Source: a virus (Duplodnaviria > Heunggongvirae > Uroviricota > Caudoviricetes). Taken from it: a stretch of 64,000 nt of DNA. Every line of letters begins with the position of its first letter. The stretch's first letter is position 1. Shown piece by piece: positions 27,954-37,061 of this stretch. Both the position numbers and the translations under genes were made by a program. The notes under the pieces are model-generated. The model worked only from the letters and a program-made list of their open reading frames with translations, did no database searches and was not told where the DNA came from. The stretch lies in IMG/VR virus record IMGVR_UViG_2531839524_000004; one strand, given 5' to 3'.

Positions 27954-28898
27954 GTGAATTATCTCTTCGTAGATGGCAATAGCCTGGGTTATTACCACCA
28001 ACAATCTGACAAATTGCACAACGGCGAAATGGAAGTACAGGCTGCTTTCGGCTTTGTTAAGAACGTCCGTCGTTATGCCTCCATCCTCCATGCCCGACCT
28101 ATGATTCTTTGGGATGGATTTAGTGACAAGCGTCGCGACTTTTACCCGGACTACAAAGCAAATCGCGACGACGATCCTGATATGAAAAAGATGAAGGAAG
28201 GCTTTGCTATCCAGAAGCCATACATCCTCAAAATGATGACCGCGCTTGGTGTTAACCAAATCATTGCAAAAGATGCAGAAGCGGATGATCTGGCCGGGCT
28301 GCTGGTATCCCGCATGGCACCGCAGCCAACCGTTGAACACATCTATCTGTTAACAGGCGATAGCGACTGGCTTCAGTTAGTTCGCGAAAACGTAAGCTGG
28401 GTAAGCCTGCGTGAAGACGCCAAAAACAAGCAGGTTAATTTTGAGCAATTTGCGGAGCTGACAGGATTCGCCACGCCTCGCGCATTTTTGGAAGCAAAAG
28501 CATTACAAGGCGATAACTCGGACAACATTAGCGGTGTTGGTGGCATTGGTGCTGGCGGTGCGAAAGAGCTGCTGCATGAATGGGGAAGTGTCGCAACGAT
28601 GGTACGCGGCATCAACGACGGCTCAATCGTGGTTAATAAAGGGCGTCATAAGACCGCCTTCAACAAACTAGCGAAGAATGCCTTCAACGAGAAAACAGGC
28701 TGTCGAATGCTCGAAGCGTTCAAGAGAAACATCACGCTAATGAACCTGATTGAGACGAAGTTTCCGCCTACCGAAATCGAAACAATCAAAGGCAATCGTG
28801 ACGTGAAAGCATTCGAGCAACTGTGCTACGAGCTGAATTTCCGTTCGTTCCTTGAAGACCTTGAAGTGTTTGTTCTTCCATTCGAAAGGTATTGCTAA
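27954..28898 (+). CDS. flap endonuclease / 5'-3' exonuclease
   Basis: LFVDGNSLGYY N-terminal motif, GDSDWLQL, H3TH-like GVGGIGAGGAKELL; start set at in-frame GTG 27954 after GGAAGG RBS. Confidence 0.75.
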   Translation: MNYLFVDGNSLGYYHQQSDKLHNGEMEVQAAFGFVKNVRRYASILHARPMILWDGFSDKRRDFYPDYKANRDDDPDMKKMKEGFAIQKPYILKMMTALGVNQIIAKDAEADDLAGLLVSRMAPQPTVEHIYLLTGDSDWLQLVRENVSWVSLREDAKNKQVNFEQFAELTGFATPRAFLEAKALQGDNSDNISGVGGIGAGGAKELLHEWGSVATMVRGINDGSIVVNKGRHKTAFNKLAKNAFNEKTGCRMLEAFKRNITLMNLIETKFPPTEIETIKGNRDVKAFEQLCYELNFRSFLEDLEVFVLPFERYC

Positions 28899-29164
28899 TG
28901 CTTAAATCGATTATCAATGGCGCTACAACCACCCCTGCCCAACTGGCAAAAGAGATTGTCTTTTATCACGGTGAGTACGCTGTCATCGCACTGCCGTCAA
29001 TTCTAGGCGCTGCCGGAATGAAAGCGACAGATCGCGAGTTTGGATTAGTCAGCGAGCAGGTCGTAAAAATCCTCGCTCGTGTATCCAGACTCCTTAACCA
29101 CGATGCGATTGTATTCGACGAATCCGCCGCTTTAAAACGAATCAACGAAACAAAAGGAGCCTGA
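28892..29164 (+). CDS. hypothetical protein
   Basis: 90 aa ORF overlapping FEN stop. Confidence 0.4.
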   Translation: MLMLKSIINGATTTPAQLAKEIVFYHGEYAVIALPSILGAAGMKATDREFGLVSEQVVKILARVSRLLNHDAIVFDESAALKRINETKGA

Positions 29165-29166
29165 TC

Positions 29167-30240
29167 ATGGCAAAAGGAAAATCCGCACTGGCACTTGCTC
29201 TGAAAAAGAAAATCGGTAGCAACGACGAAATTCAGAAAGTAACTCATTGGATTGATACAGGCTTTCCACCGTTAAACAAAGCTATTTCTGGTCGTTACGA
29301 TGGCGGCTTCCCATGTGGTCGTATCGTCGAAGGATTCGGTCCTCCAAGTGCAGGGAAAACGTTCCTTGCAACAGCAGCGATGATCTCCGCTCAAAAACAA
29401 GATGGTCTGGCGGTATTCCTCGATCATGAAAACAGTTTTGACGTTGGCCTGGCTGTAGCCAATGGCCTGAACGCAGATGAGGATGACGGTCAGTGGGTAT
29501 ACAAGCAGCCTGATACCTTCGAAGACTCTGTAGAGTTGATCGGCACAATTCTTAAATTGGTACGTGATGAAGAGCTTATTCCTGAATCAGCACCTATCTG
29601 TATCGTGGCTGACTCACTTGCGTCTATGGTTCCGAACTCCAAAGCCGAGAAGTTCGAAAAGATGGCTGAAGGCACTGCCAAAGACAAAGATCAGCTAAAC
29701 ATGAACGACAATACGGCACTGGCTCGTGCGACAAGTGCGAACTTCCCTACTCTGGCTTTGTGGGCACGCAAATACAACGCCTGCATCATCTTCTTGAATC
29801 AGGTTCGCACAAAAATCGGTGTAATGTTTGGCGACCCTACTACGTCGCCAGGTGGAGATTCACCGAAGTTCTACGCTTCTGTACGTATCCGTCTTGGTGC
29901 ATCGGTGATGAAGGATGGTAAAGAGAAGATCGGCCAGGACGTAGGCGCAGAATGCATCAAAAACAAAGTTGCACCACCGTATGGCAAATGCACCTGGAAA
30001 TTCTACTTCGATCCTACTCGTGGCCTCGACGTTATCGAATCGCTCGTCGAGTACATGCTGGAAGAAGGATACCTGCCAAAGAACGCCAGCGGGCGAGTTG
30101 AAATTGGTGACAAGAAATACACCAAATCGCAGATCGTCGAGATGTATCGGGAGAAGCCACTGGCTGAAATCATTGCGGCTTTGCAGGCAATCGACGACCG
30201 AAGAGCAAAAGACAACCCCACCGAGTCAGTAGAAGAGTAA
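29167..30240 (+). CDS. RecA-family recombinase (UvsX/Sak4-like)
   Basis: GRIVEGFGPPSAGKTFLA Walker A context closely resembling the RecA core; 357 aa. Confidence 0.8.
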   Translation: MAKGKSALALALKKKIGSNDEIQKVTHWIDTGFPPLNKAISGRYDGGFPCGRIVEGFGPPSAGKTFLATAAMISAQKQDGLAVFLDHENSFDVGLAVANGLNADEDDGQWVYKQPDTFEDSVELIGTILKLVRDEELIPESAPICIVADSLASMVPNSKAEKFEKMAEGTAKDKDQLNMNDNTALARATSANFPTLALWARKYNACIIFLNQVRTKIGVMFGDPTTSPGGDSPKFYASVRIRLGASVMKDGKEKIGQDVGAECIKNKVAPPYGKCTWKFYFDPTRGLDVIESLVEYMLEEGYLPKNASGRVEIGDKKYTKSQIVEMYREKPLAEIIAALQAIDDRRAKDNPTESVEE

Positions 30241-30245
30241 ACACA

Positions 30246-30269
30246 AGGCGTCCACAGGACGCCTTTTTT
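30246..30269 (+). terminator. rho-independent terminator (GGCGTC/GACGCC stem family)
   Basis: AGGCGTCC-aca-GGACGCCT followed by TTTTTT. Confidence 0.75.
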
Positions 30270-30332
30270 ATCTCTTGAAAATATATAAGTACTTACTTAT
30301 TATTTTCGCATAACAACCACATAGGAAAACAC

Positions 30333-30533
30333 ATGATCAAAATCTATCTATTGGCAGTAGCCACAGGCCTTTCAGTGGCTCTCATCTACGGTTTACTGGT
30401 TCCGTCGCTGATTTCTACCAAGAGTGATTTAGCCGTCATGTTTGGAGTTATCGTTGGTTTTGGTGCTCCTGTAATCGGTCTTATTGCTGGTCGTAAGTTT
30501 ATCAACTCATTAATCAAAGCAAAGGGGAAATAA
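30333..30533 (+). CDS. small two-helix membrane protein
   Basis: 66 aa, two hydrophobic helices; immediately upstream of SPFH gene. Confidence 0.5.
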   Translation: MIKIYLLAVATGLSVALIYGLLVPSLISTKSDLAVMFGVIVGFGAPVIGLIAGRKFINSLIKAKGK

Positions 30534-30536
30534 GTA

Positions 30537-31367
30537 ATGAAGAAAGGTTTACTTGCAGTTGCTCTGGCGGCTATTTGCACAATGGGTCTTACTGGCTGTG
30601 ATCGCGTGGAGCCTGGATACGTTGGCATCAAAGTAAACAAATTAGGTGAAGACAAAGGGATCGGTGAAGTGGTTGGCGTTGGTCGCCAATGGACAGGTCT
30701 TAACACCGAACTTTACGTATTCCCGACCTTCAAACAAATGAAGACCTACGACGAACCGTTCACATTCCAGATGAGTGACGGTACTGCTATTGGTCACAAA
30801 ATTGGCGTTGCGTATCTGGTTAATCGTGACAAGGTAACGACGGTGTTCCAGACCTATCGCAAAGGCGTAGACGATATCACCGAATCAGATCTGCGTCAGA
30901 AAATTGCCGACTCTCTAAACCGTTTGGCCAGCCGTATGACCACTGACTCATTTATCGACGGTGGTAAGGCGCAATTGCTGGACAACGCACTGAAAGATAT
31001 TCAGAAAGAGATGTCTCCGGTTGGTATTGAGGTACTGAGCCTGTCATGGGTTGGAAAGCCTGATTACCCAAAAACCGTCATTGAATCTATCAACGCCAAA
31101 GTAACGGCTAACCAGCGTACTCTGCAACGTCAGCAGGAAGTTGAACAGCGTAAAGCTGAGGCGAATATGCTACGTGAACAGGCTAATGGTGAAGCTGATG
31201 CTATCCGTGCTCGTGCGCAAGCAGAAGCCGACGCCATTCGTCTGCGCGGTGAAGCTCTGCGTCAAAACCCGAACGTTATGGAGCTGGAAGCCATCAATAA
31301 ATGGAATGGCCAGTTACCGCAGTACATGACTCAAGGGGCTAACACTCCTTTCATTACAGTGAAATAA
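30537..31367 (+). CDS. SPFH/band-7 domain lipoprotein
   Basis: Signal peptide with lipobox LTGC; band-7 core and C-terminal Ala/Glu/Arg-rich coiled coil. Confidence 0.7.
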   Translation: MKKGLLAVALAAICTMGLTGCDRVEPGYVGIKVNKLGEDKGIGEVVGVGRQWTGLNTELYVFPTFKQMKTYDEPFTFQMSDGTAIGHKIGVAYLVNRDKVTTVFQTYRKGVDDITESDLRQKIADSLNRLASRMTTDSFIDGGKAQLLDNALKDIQKEMSPVGIEVLSLSWVGKPDYPKTVIESINAKVTANQRTLQRQQEVEQRKAEANMLREQANGEADAIRARAQAEADAIRLRGEALRQNPNVMELEAINKWNGQLPQYMTQGANTPFITVK

Positions 31368-31385
31368 CTCTCATTAAGAAGATCA

Positions 31386-31409
31386 GGCGTCCAGTTGGAC
31401 GCCGTTTTA
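31386..31409 (+). terminator. rho-independent terminator (GGCGTC/GACGCC stem family)
   Basis: GGCGTCCA-gt-TGGACGCC followed by GTTTTA. Confidence 0.7.
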
Positions 31410-31462
31410 TTCTCGTTATTATCACACACAAGAAAACAATTTGTTAAAAGGTTAAGTTAATT

Positions 31463-32287
31463 ATGCCCAACCACATTACAAACGAAATCCGAGTCATAGG
31501 TGGTACAAATAAACAACGCTTAGATTTCATACGTGCCATAACTAACAAAAAAGGTCTAATTGACTTTAATACCATTTGCAGACGTCCGAAAAGTATAGAA
31601 ATGGAAGAAAACAATCATATCAGGCGCATGGCCTCTGCAATGGCGGGCGAAACAGTTTACGACCACATGTTCGGTGAATTAAAGACTCCAGAACAGGTCG
31701 AATTAGCTATGCGTGAATCAGGAATGACACGCAAGGAAATTCGCAAAATCAAAGAGCAGGCTCTTATGCGGCTTGAGAATTATCGTCGCTATGGCTATTA
31801 CTCATGGTTTGACTGGTCGCGAGCTAATTGGGGAACAAAATGGAATGCCTACAACATCGAAATGCCCGTAAAACGTATCCCTACACGTATTAAGTACGGC
31901 CATAATTTCCGCCATACACACGTTCGAGCATATGCAAAACGAATCTATAAAAAACGTCTTGCAAGACATGCCGCAACTGGTAGTGAGTTGGTGATTCGCT
32001 TTGAAACAGCCTGGTCTATGCCAAAACCAATTTATCAAGAGATGGCTAGAAAGTTCCCGCACCTTGAGTTTGTAATACGTTATGCAGACGAAGACTTCGG
32101 CAATAACTGCGGATTCATTTTACTTCGCAACGGCAAATGGGAATATGACTACATTGCACCGGCGAATAACAAACAATCGTCAGAAGAAAAAATCAAATGG
32201 CGCAAGTTCGCCTTTGAGTTATGTTGTCCTGGTATCACTCCACAAGAATACGGTCTAAATGAAGAATACGAATACGCCGGATATTAA
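31463..32287 (+). CDS. conserved hypothetical protein with SWFDW...NWGTKWN motif
   Basis: 274 aa; AT-rich gene; motif recalled from a plasmid/phage family (DUF1281-like), unverified. Confidence 0.5.
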   Translation: MPNHITNEIRVIGGTNKQRLDFIRAITNKKGLIDFNTICRRPKSIEMEENNHIRRMASAMAGETVYDHMFGELKTPEQVELAMRESGMTRKEIRKIKEQALMRLENYRRYGYYSWFDWSRANWGTKWNAYNIEMPVKRIPTRIKYGHNFRHTHVRAYAKRIYKKRLARHAATGSELVIRFETAWSMPKPIYQEMARKFPHLEFVIRYADEDFGNNCGFILLRNGKWEYDYIAPANNKQSSEEKIKWRKFAFELCCPGITPQEYGLNEEYEYAGY

Positions 32288-32334
32288 AAAAAATTGTCAT
32301 TTAGCTTTACGCATGAAGCATAGAGGTTAATAAG

Positions 32335-33075
32335 ATGAAAAGAAAAATTGAAGAACCAAAAACGACCCTTAATAAACATGGGGAAAAAATTCAAACACAT
32401 CCAGCGTTCGGTCTTGTGAAAACAAGCCGTGTTAGCACAACTGGCATTCGCCTATTTGATTCAGAACTGGAACATAGAGACTATATTGAAATAGGCGTTT
32501 ACGAGGCGGAACTGTCCTTAGACAATGAACGAACCCGCCCACAAAGAAGTTGCAATAGACGGCCTTTAGTTGAAATTAGACTTAGCCAGGCACAATGGGC
32601 TGCTATGGTTAGCAGTTTTGGAGTGGGCGAAGGTGTGCCATGCACTATTTCATATAAAACCATTGGAGACTCAATTAGAGTTCATGATATTGCCGAGCAA
32701 AAAAGTATTCGGCAAAAATTCAACGATCAAATAAAGGCCGCTACGAATAGTGAGATTGATCGACTTAATCAGCAAGTTTCAGAGCTAGGTGAACTTGTGA
32801 AAAAAGGAAGAGCTGGAAAACGTGACCTTGAAGAACTATATAGAAAACTAGCATCTGCTGTAGCTAACCTTCCTGAAAATCTGTGCTTTGCTACCGAATT
32901 AATGCAGGAACAAATGGATGAAATTGTCTCATCTGGAAAGGCGGAGATTGAGGCGTATGTTGCGGGCACGGTTATGCGTAAAGGGTTAGCAGCATTAGGC
33001 ACAGAATCATGCATTAACGATGATCCTACTGTCTCTATCACCAAAATGGAAAGCGGTAAAGAATTACTGCCATAA
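32335..33075 (+). CDS. hypothetical protein
   Basis: 246 aa ORF with GAGG RBS. Confidence 0.45.
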   Translation: MKRKIEEPKTTLNKHGEKIQTHPAFGLVKTSRVSTTGIRLFDSELEHRDYIEIGVYEAELSLDNERTRPQRSCNRRPLVEIRLSQAQWAAMVSSFGVGEGVPCTISYKTIGDSIRVHDIAEQKSIRQKFNDQIKAATNSEIDRLNQQVSELGELVKKGRAGKRDLEELYRKLASAVANLPENLCFATELMQEQMDEIVSSGKAEIEAYVAGTVMRKGLAALGTESCINDDPTVSITKMESGKELLP

Positions 33076-33095
33076 ATGCATCTGAGGTACTGACA

Positions 33096-33485
33096 ATGTT
33101 TTTAATTCAACCTGGGTTCGGTTTAAAGATAAAAAAAGGGCATATGTTTGGTGAGCGAGATTCCAAACGAAAAATTCTGTCTATTCGATTACCATTTATC
33201 ACCATTCATTGGTTAAACAGAGAGTCAACCGATTATTGGTATAAATGCGCAAGAGCAGCATTTAACGACCCTGACTGGTTTGTAGAAAATCACCACGCGG
33301 TTCGTCAGGCAAAAAGAAAGGCTAATACGACATATATGAAGGCATATCAGGATGCCTGGGAAGAACATCGTGGCCGATACCAAAAAAACATTGAAAAACT
33401 TGAATCAGAAAATATGGACCTAAGAAGAAAACTCGGTGAAGCACGTCGAGACATCGAAGCATATAAACGTCTTGTATCGGAGTGA
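33096..33485 (+). CDS. hypothetical protein (start uncertain)
   Basis: ORF with coiled-coil C-terminus; internal ATG possible. Confidence 0.4.
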   Translation: MFLIQPGFGLKIKKGHMFGERDSKRKILSIRLPFITIHWLNRESTDYWYKCARAAFNDPDWFVENHHAVRQAKRKANTTYMKAYQDAWEEHRGRYQKNIEKLESENMDLRRKLGEARRDIEAYKRLVSE

Positions 33486-33546
33486 ATATATCTTTGCTTT
33501 ATTTTTTCAAAGGTGATTATTTTCCTATTTATAAGGAGAAGTAAAC

Positions 33547-33972
33547 ATGGCAGCAATTAAGAAACTCTACGATGCCGCAAACGCGGCTCTGGATGTTATT
33601 GATGATGAAGTATCAAAAGGCTTTCCTGAACCTGATTGGGCGCATCAGCTACGAAACGCTATCGCAGAAATGACCCCATCAGATCCAACCCCCGACGAGA
33701 CAAACTGGCAGCGATTCATCCGTATGTACGCTCAGGAAATAGGTCCAACGCCAACGGCAGAGCAGGCAATGCTGCTGAAATACTTCAAAGAGGCGGGAGA
33801 GGATTTACCAATTGATGACTCAGCATATTGGTTCCACTGCGCATGGCGTAAGTATGACGTGATATTCACACAAGGCATGGGAAGCAAAGATATGGTTGTG
33901 TGGCATCTACTCCATATAGACACAGCCGTTGACAGAGTTATTGAACAGTTTTTCCCTAACCAAGAAGATTGA
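33547..33972 (+). CDS. hypothetical protein
   Basis: 141 aa, AAGGAGA RBS. Confidence 0.5.
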   Translation: MAAIKKLYDAANAALDVIDDEVSKGFPEPDWAHQLRNAIAEMTPSDPTPDETNWQRFIRMYAQEIGPTPTAEQAMLLKYFKEAGEDLPIDDSAYWFHCAWRKYDVIFTQGMGSKDMVVWHLLHIDTAVDRVIEQFFPNQED

Positions 33973-34027
33973 TCGCCTATTCATAACTAACAAAATAAGT
34001 AAACACTAACCACAAAAGGAAAAACAC

Positions 34028-34303
34028 ATGAGAGTTTTAGTTCGAATCGTTACCAGCACTGTCTATGACGTGTTTCCGCTTTTTATGGTCAAAGTCGATG
34101 GCCTTAACGATGAAGAAACTGACGCGCTGATCCAGCGTATTCTCGTTGAATATACAGGTCATGACGCTGATTCAGTGATGGTTGATGATGATGGTGTTTG
34201 TTGGCATAACGGCAACTGTTGGTACGTAGAAGAGACTCAACAAATCAGTGATGAAGATGCCGCACATCTTGAGCGTATTTTAAGCATCAGCACTTTTGAG
34301 TGA
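34028..34303 (+). CDS. hypothetical protein
   Basis: 91 aa; conserved leader AAAGGAAAAACACATG. Confidence 0.5.
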   Translation: MRVLVRIVTSTVYDVFPLFMVKVDGLNDEETDALIQRILVEYTGHDADSVMVDDDGVCWHNGNCWYVEETQQISDEDAAHLERILSISTFE

Positions 34304-34518
34304 GTTTACAGTAAAATTTATATAAGTTAGTATCTACCTATCATGAAGATTTTTATTGAATACTTGTTACTCATCGTTTCAATAGCTTTTGTCATCGACT
34401 GCATTTTCACCGGTGTCATTCGTAAAGTCTTTTCCCCGGTGAACGACGTAGTCATAAACGCTTTGGCTATCGTGCTCGTATTTAATTCAGCATTTGATCT
34501 AATCAAAGAGGTGGCAGC

Positions 34519-34854
34519 ATGAAGGCCATCCCATTCGCGCTGTTGTTCCTTTCTTCGATCGTTGTGGCCGACACCACTGTTTATCAGTGTGAAATGTCTG
34601 TAGCCGACGTTAAGAATGGCGCTCTTACCGACGTCATAAAAGCACCATATGGAGCGATGGTCGTAGACAGCGGCGACCAGTTCTATGTTGTGCGTGACGA
34701 TCGAGTGTTGTCATCCCCATATCTCACAAATCGTAATGGCAAATTAACCGGCGTCGGAGAAGACCACTTCGTATACAACAAATACAAGGGCTTCTATGGC
34801 GTTCACGCTTCTCAGCAAAGCTACCTTTTCGATGACTGCAAGGAGGTTGGGTAA
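34519..34854 (+). CDS. hypothetical secreted protein
   Basis: N-terminal signal peptide MKAIPFALLFLSSIVVA; GAGG RBS. Confidence 0.5.
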   Translation: MKAIPFALLFLSSIVVADTTVYQCEMSVADVKNGALTDVIKAPYGAMVVDSGDQFYVVRDDRVLSSPYLTNRNGKLTGVGEDHFVYNKYKGFYGVHASQQSYLFDDCKEVG

Positions 34855-35066
34855 TGGCATTAACACTGGCAGGTCTGGAAATCGAGAAAACAAGCGGCTA
34901 CTGGCGTGCTAAGGGTTTCAAGCAGCCTGGCATTCTTGAGCGTCTGGAACGTGAAGATGGGTATATCGTCCACCAGCGGCGTGAATGGCGTATGTACGAT
35001 CCAGAAACAGGAAAACTGACTACAAAAGCCGGAACACTTTGGGGTCTGTTGAAGAAAATACACTAA
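34854..35066 (+). CDS. hypothetical protein
   Basis: 70 aa ORF coupled to upstream gene. Confidence 0.4.
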   Translation: MALTLAGLEIEKTSGYWRAKGFKQPGILERLEREDGYIVHQRREWRMYDPETGKLTTKAGTLWGLLKKIH

Positions 35067-35112
35067 ATGCAAACTGACTGCGGCTCGTTCCGCAGTCATA
35101 TTTCATAGTCGT

Positions 35113-35646
35113 CACCGCTGACAGCATACACAATCAACTACCGCTGATAGCATATCGAGAGTCTATCTCACCGCTCACAGCATACTTTACTCGATTTTTT
35201 ACCGCTGACAGCATACTTAAGAAATTGCATGAATAATGTGTCCCAGTATGGGTATAACCAGAACAAAATTACCGCTGGCAGCATACGAATGTCTGACATA
35301 TACCATTAATTACCGCTGATAGCATATCCAAACAAAAATTCCTCAATAAAACACCGCTGACAGCATACGTTCTATCAGGGAGTAGCAGGCAATAAATGCC
35401 TTTCACTACAAGCAATCAGCGCAATAGCAATAGAATGTTAGTGAGCGCAAACCTATATGGAATGCACTCTTCGAGGTTAGTAACCACTGGGGAGGTATGA
35501 CAGAGCATTGAGTGGTGATAGATGATTTACCGCTCACAGCATACGTTCATCTCACTATACCGCTGGTAGCATATCTTTAACCGTTCACAGCATACTTTTC
35601 AGAAAAATAGCCGCTGATAGCATACATTTCACCGCTGACAGCATAT
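35113..35646. repeat. iteron array (about 12 copies of about 17 bp ACCGCTGACAGCATAC), incA-like copy-control locus
   Basis: Copies at about 35113, 35149, 35169, 35200, 35270, 35311, 35352, 35528, 35558, 35579, 35609, 35630 with minor variants; downstream of Rep gene. Confidence 0.8.
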
Positions 35647-36740
35647 CAAAGCAGTTTGAGACTATTGGAAAGGATCTCAATCATCTTGATATTTTCAGGC
35701 GTCAAATTCTGCGAAAGTTCGGTTATCTTGTTGATAATGTTCTGTTTGGCATCAATTTCCCCAGCTTTCTCATCTGGTTTTTTGGGTTCGATGTCTTCAG
35801 GTTTTGGCGGTGCGACTTTGAGTTTTGGATTGCGGCTGTGAATCTGGATATAGATCGACCGCCCACGCTTAATCTCGCTGTATTCGAGATAGCCCAAATC
35901 TTGGAGAGCTTTTAAGCCGTTACGTATAGTCTGATTCTGCGAGCTGACATTCCTGCTACTCAAATTGAGTCGCGCACGCAATCGAGCAAGCGATACCGGC
36001 GCAGGCTTGGTTGGAAGACTTTCGATGAAGGTGTACAGAGCCTGTGCTGTTTCTTTGCGTGGTAGCTTATTGATAACCTTTAACTGCAAAAGAACCTTAT
36101 GGTCAAAGCGATATAGTTCGGCCAGCTTCGGTTCTGCATAGAACACCACCGTATCTTTCTGCTCGTTGTAGTCCACGCTATTGATGAGGTGCACCATCAG
36201 AAGCGAGATCTTGTTAGAGCCGTCGACGTTCTTTTCTTCATACGTTCTCTGGAAAGACAGAGTTGTACGCATGATCTTCAAAAGACTGTTTGTAAGCCGG
36301 TCGCGGAGTGTTTTGCGGATCTGTGACGATGGATAGCCACAAAACTTAGCAAATTTCGTGATGCTTAACTCGACACGACCGTTAGGTTCGCCGTATTCTG
36401 CCAGCGAACGCACAACGCCCACCCACGTTTTGAAATCATGATCCATGTCGAGACGAGGACCGGTTATCTTGATATCGGAATAGCCTTCAGAACGGGCTAC
36501 TTCGAGCTGGACAAGCTCCTTTGAAGCATCGATCTCATTTGGCTTGTTACGTTTACTGTATTTTGTTCCCTTAAGCGTGGGGACGAACAACCCCAGTCGC
36601 ATCAACGCAATTGGTTGGACTGTATTGTTGCTATTAGGGACAAGTTCCCCTGTGTACAATTCAAGGGAACCTTCTTCAAAGTTGTCGATGTTATCTTCTA
36701 CTTCTTTGTTATTTTTACCTTTTTTATTTTTTGTGGACAT
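35646..36740 (-). CDS. plasmid-type replication initiator (Rep) protein
   Basis: Minus-strand 364 aa ORF flanked on both sides by iterons; start set at ATG (MSTKNKKGK) with AAGGTG RBS because the longer track ORF would overlap upstream iterons. Confidence 0.6.
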   Translation of the reverse strand: MSTKNKKGKNNKEVEDNIDNFEEGSLELYTGELVPNSNNTVQPIALMRLGLFVPTLKGTKYSKRNKPNEIDASKELVQLEVARSEGYSDIKITGPRLDMDHDFKTWVGVVRSLAEYGEPNGRVELSITKFAKFCGYPSSQIRKTLRDRLTNSLLKIMRTTLSFQRTYEEKNVDGSNKISLLMVHLINSVDYNEQKDTVVFYAEPKLAELYRFDHKVLLQLKVINKLPRKETAQALYTFIESLPTKPAPVSLARLRARLNLSSRNVSSQNQTIRNGLKALQDLGYLEYSEIKRGRSIYIQIHSRNPKLKVAPPKPEDIEPKKPDEKAGEIDAKQNIINKITELSQNLTPENIKMIEILSNSLKLL

Positions 36741-36759
36741 GTGGACACCTTTGTCATTC

Positions 36760-36863
36760 AACCGCTGACAGCATACTTGATTTGCCGCTGACAGAATACC
36801 AAAAACAGTTGGCAGCATACGGTGAACCGCTGACAGACTATCAATTACCGCTGACAGCATACA
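36760..36863. repeat. iteron array (5 copies) upstream of rep, origin/incC-like
   Basis: ACCGCTGACAGCATAC-type repeats at about 36760, 36783, 36805, 36825, 36845. Confidence 0.75.
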
Positions 36864-36920
36864 TGAACATGACTTCAGACCAGGCGTGGCGCGGCTTACA
36901 GCGATCGGGGATCTTATTTG

Positions 36921-36996
36921 ATCTATATAAGGATCTATCTATGGATCTCTTTATTAGGATCTATCCTGTGGATATGTGAATAATTAAAACAGGCAT
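36921..36996. promoter_or_regulatory. origin-associated GATC-rich repeat block with DnaA-box-like site
   Basis: Six GATC sites within about 65 bp, mostly as GGATCT repeats; TGTGGATAT (complement of DnaA-box-like ATATCCACA) at 36988-36996. Confidence 0.6.
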
Positions 36997-37061
36997 TTAC
37001 TACCTTCGGCGCACCTGGTGGGTTATCGTTGCCTCGGCTAACAATCACAGAAAAATGACAT

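Noticed and set aside
35113-35646. Regularly spaced short direct repeats that superficially resemble a CRISPR array
   Set aside because: Repeat unit is only about 17 bp with irregular 4-50 bp spacing, a second array lies on the other side of an initiator-like gene, and a GATC/DnaA-box block is adjacent; this is an iteron replicon, not CRISPR. No cas genes are present.
36921-36996. GATC-rich block as methyltransferase or restriction target island unrelated to replication
   Set aside because: Adjacency to iterons, Rep and a DnaA-box-like site makes an origin-associated function the simpler explanation.
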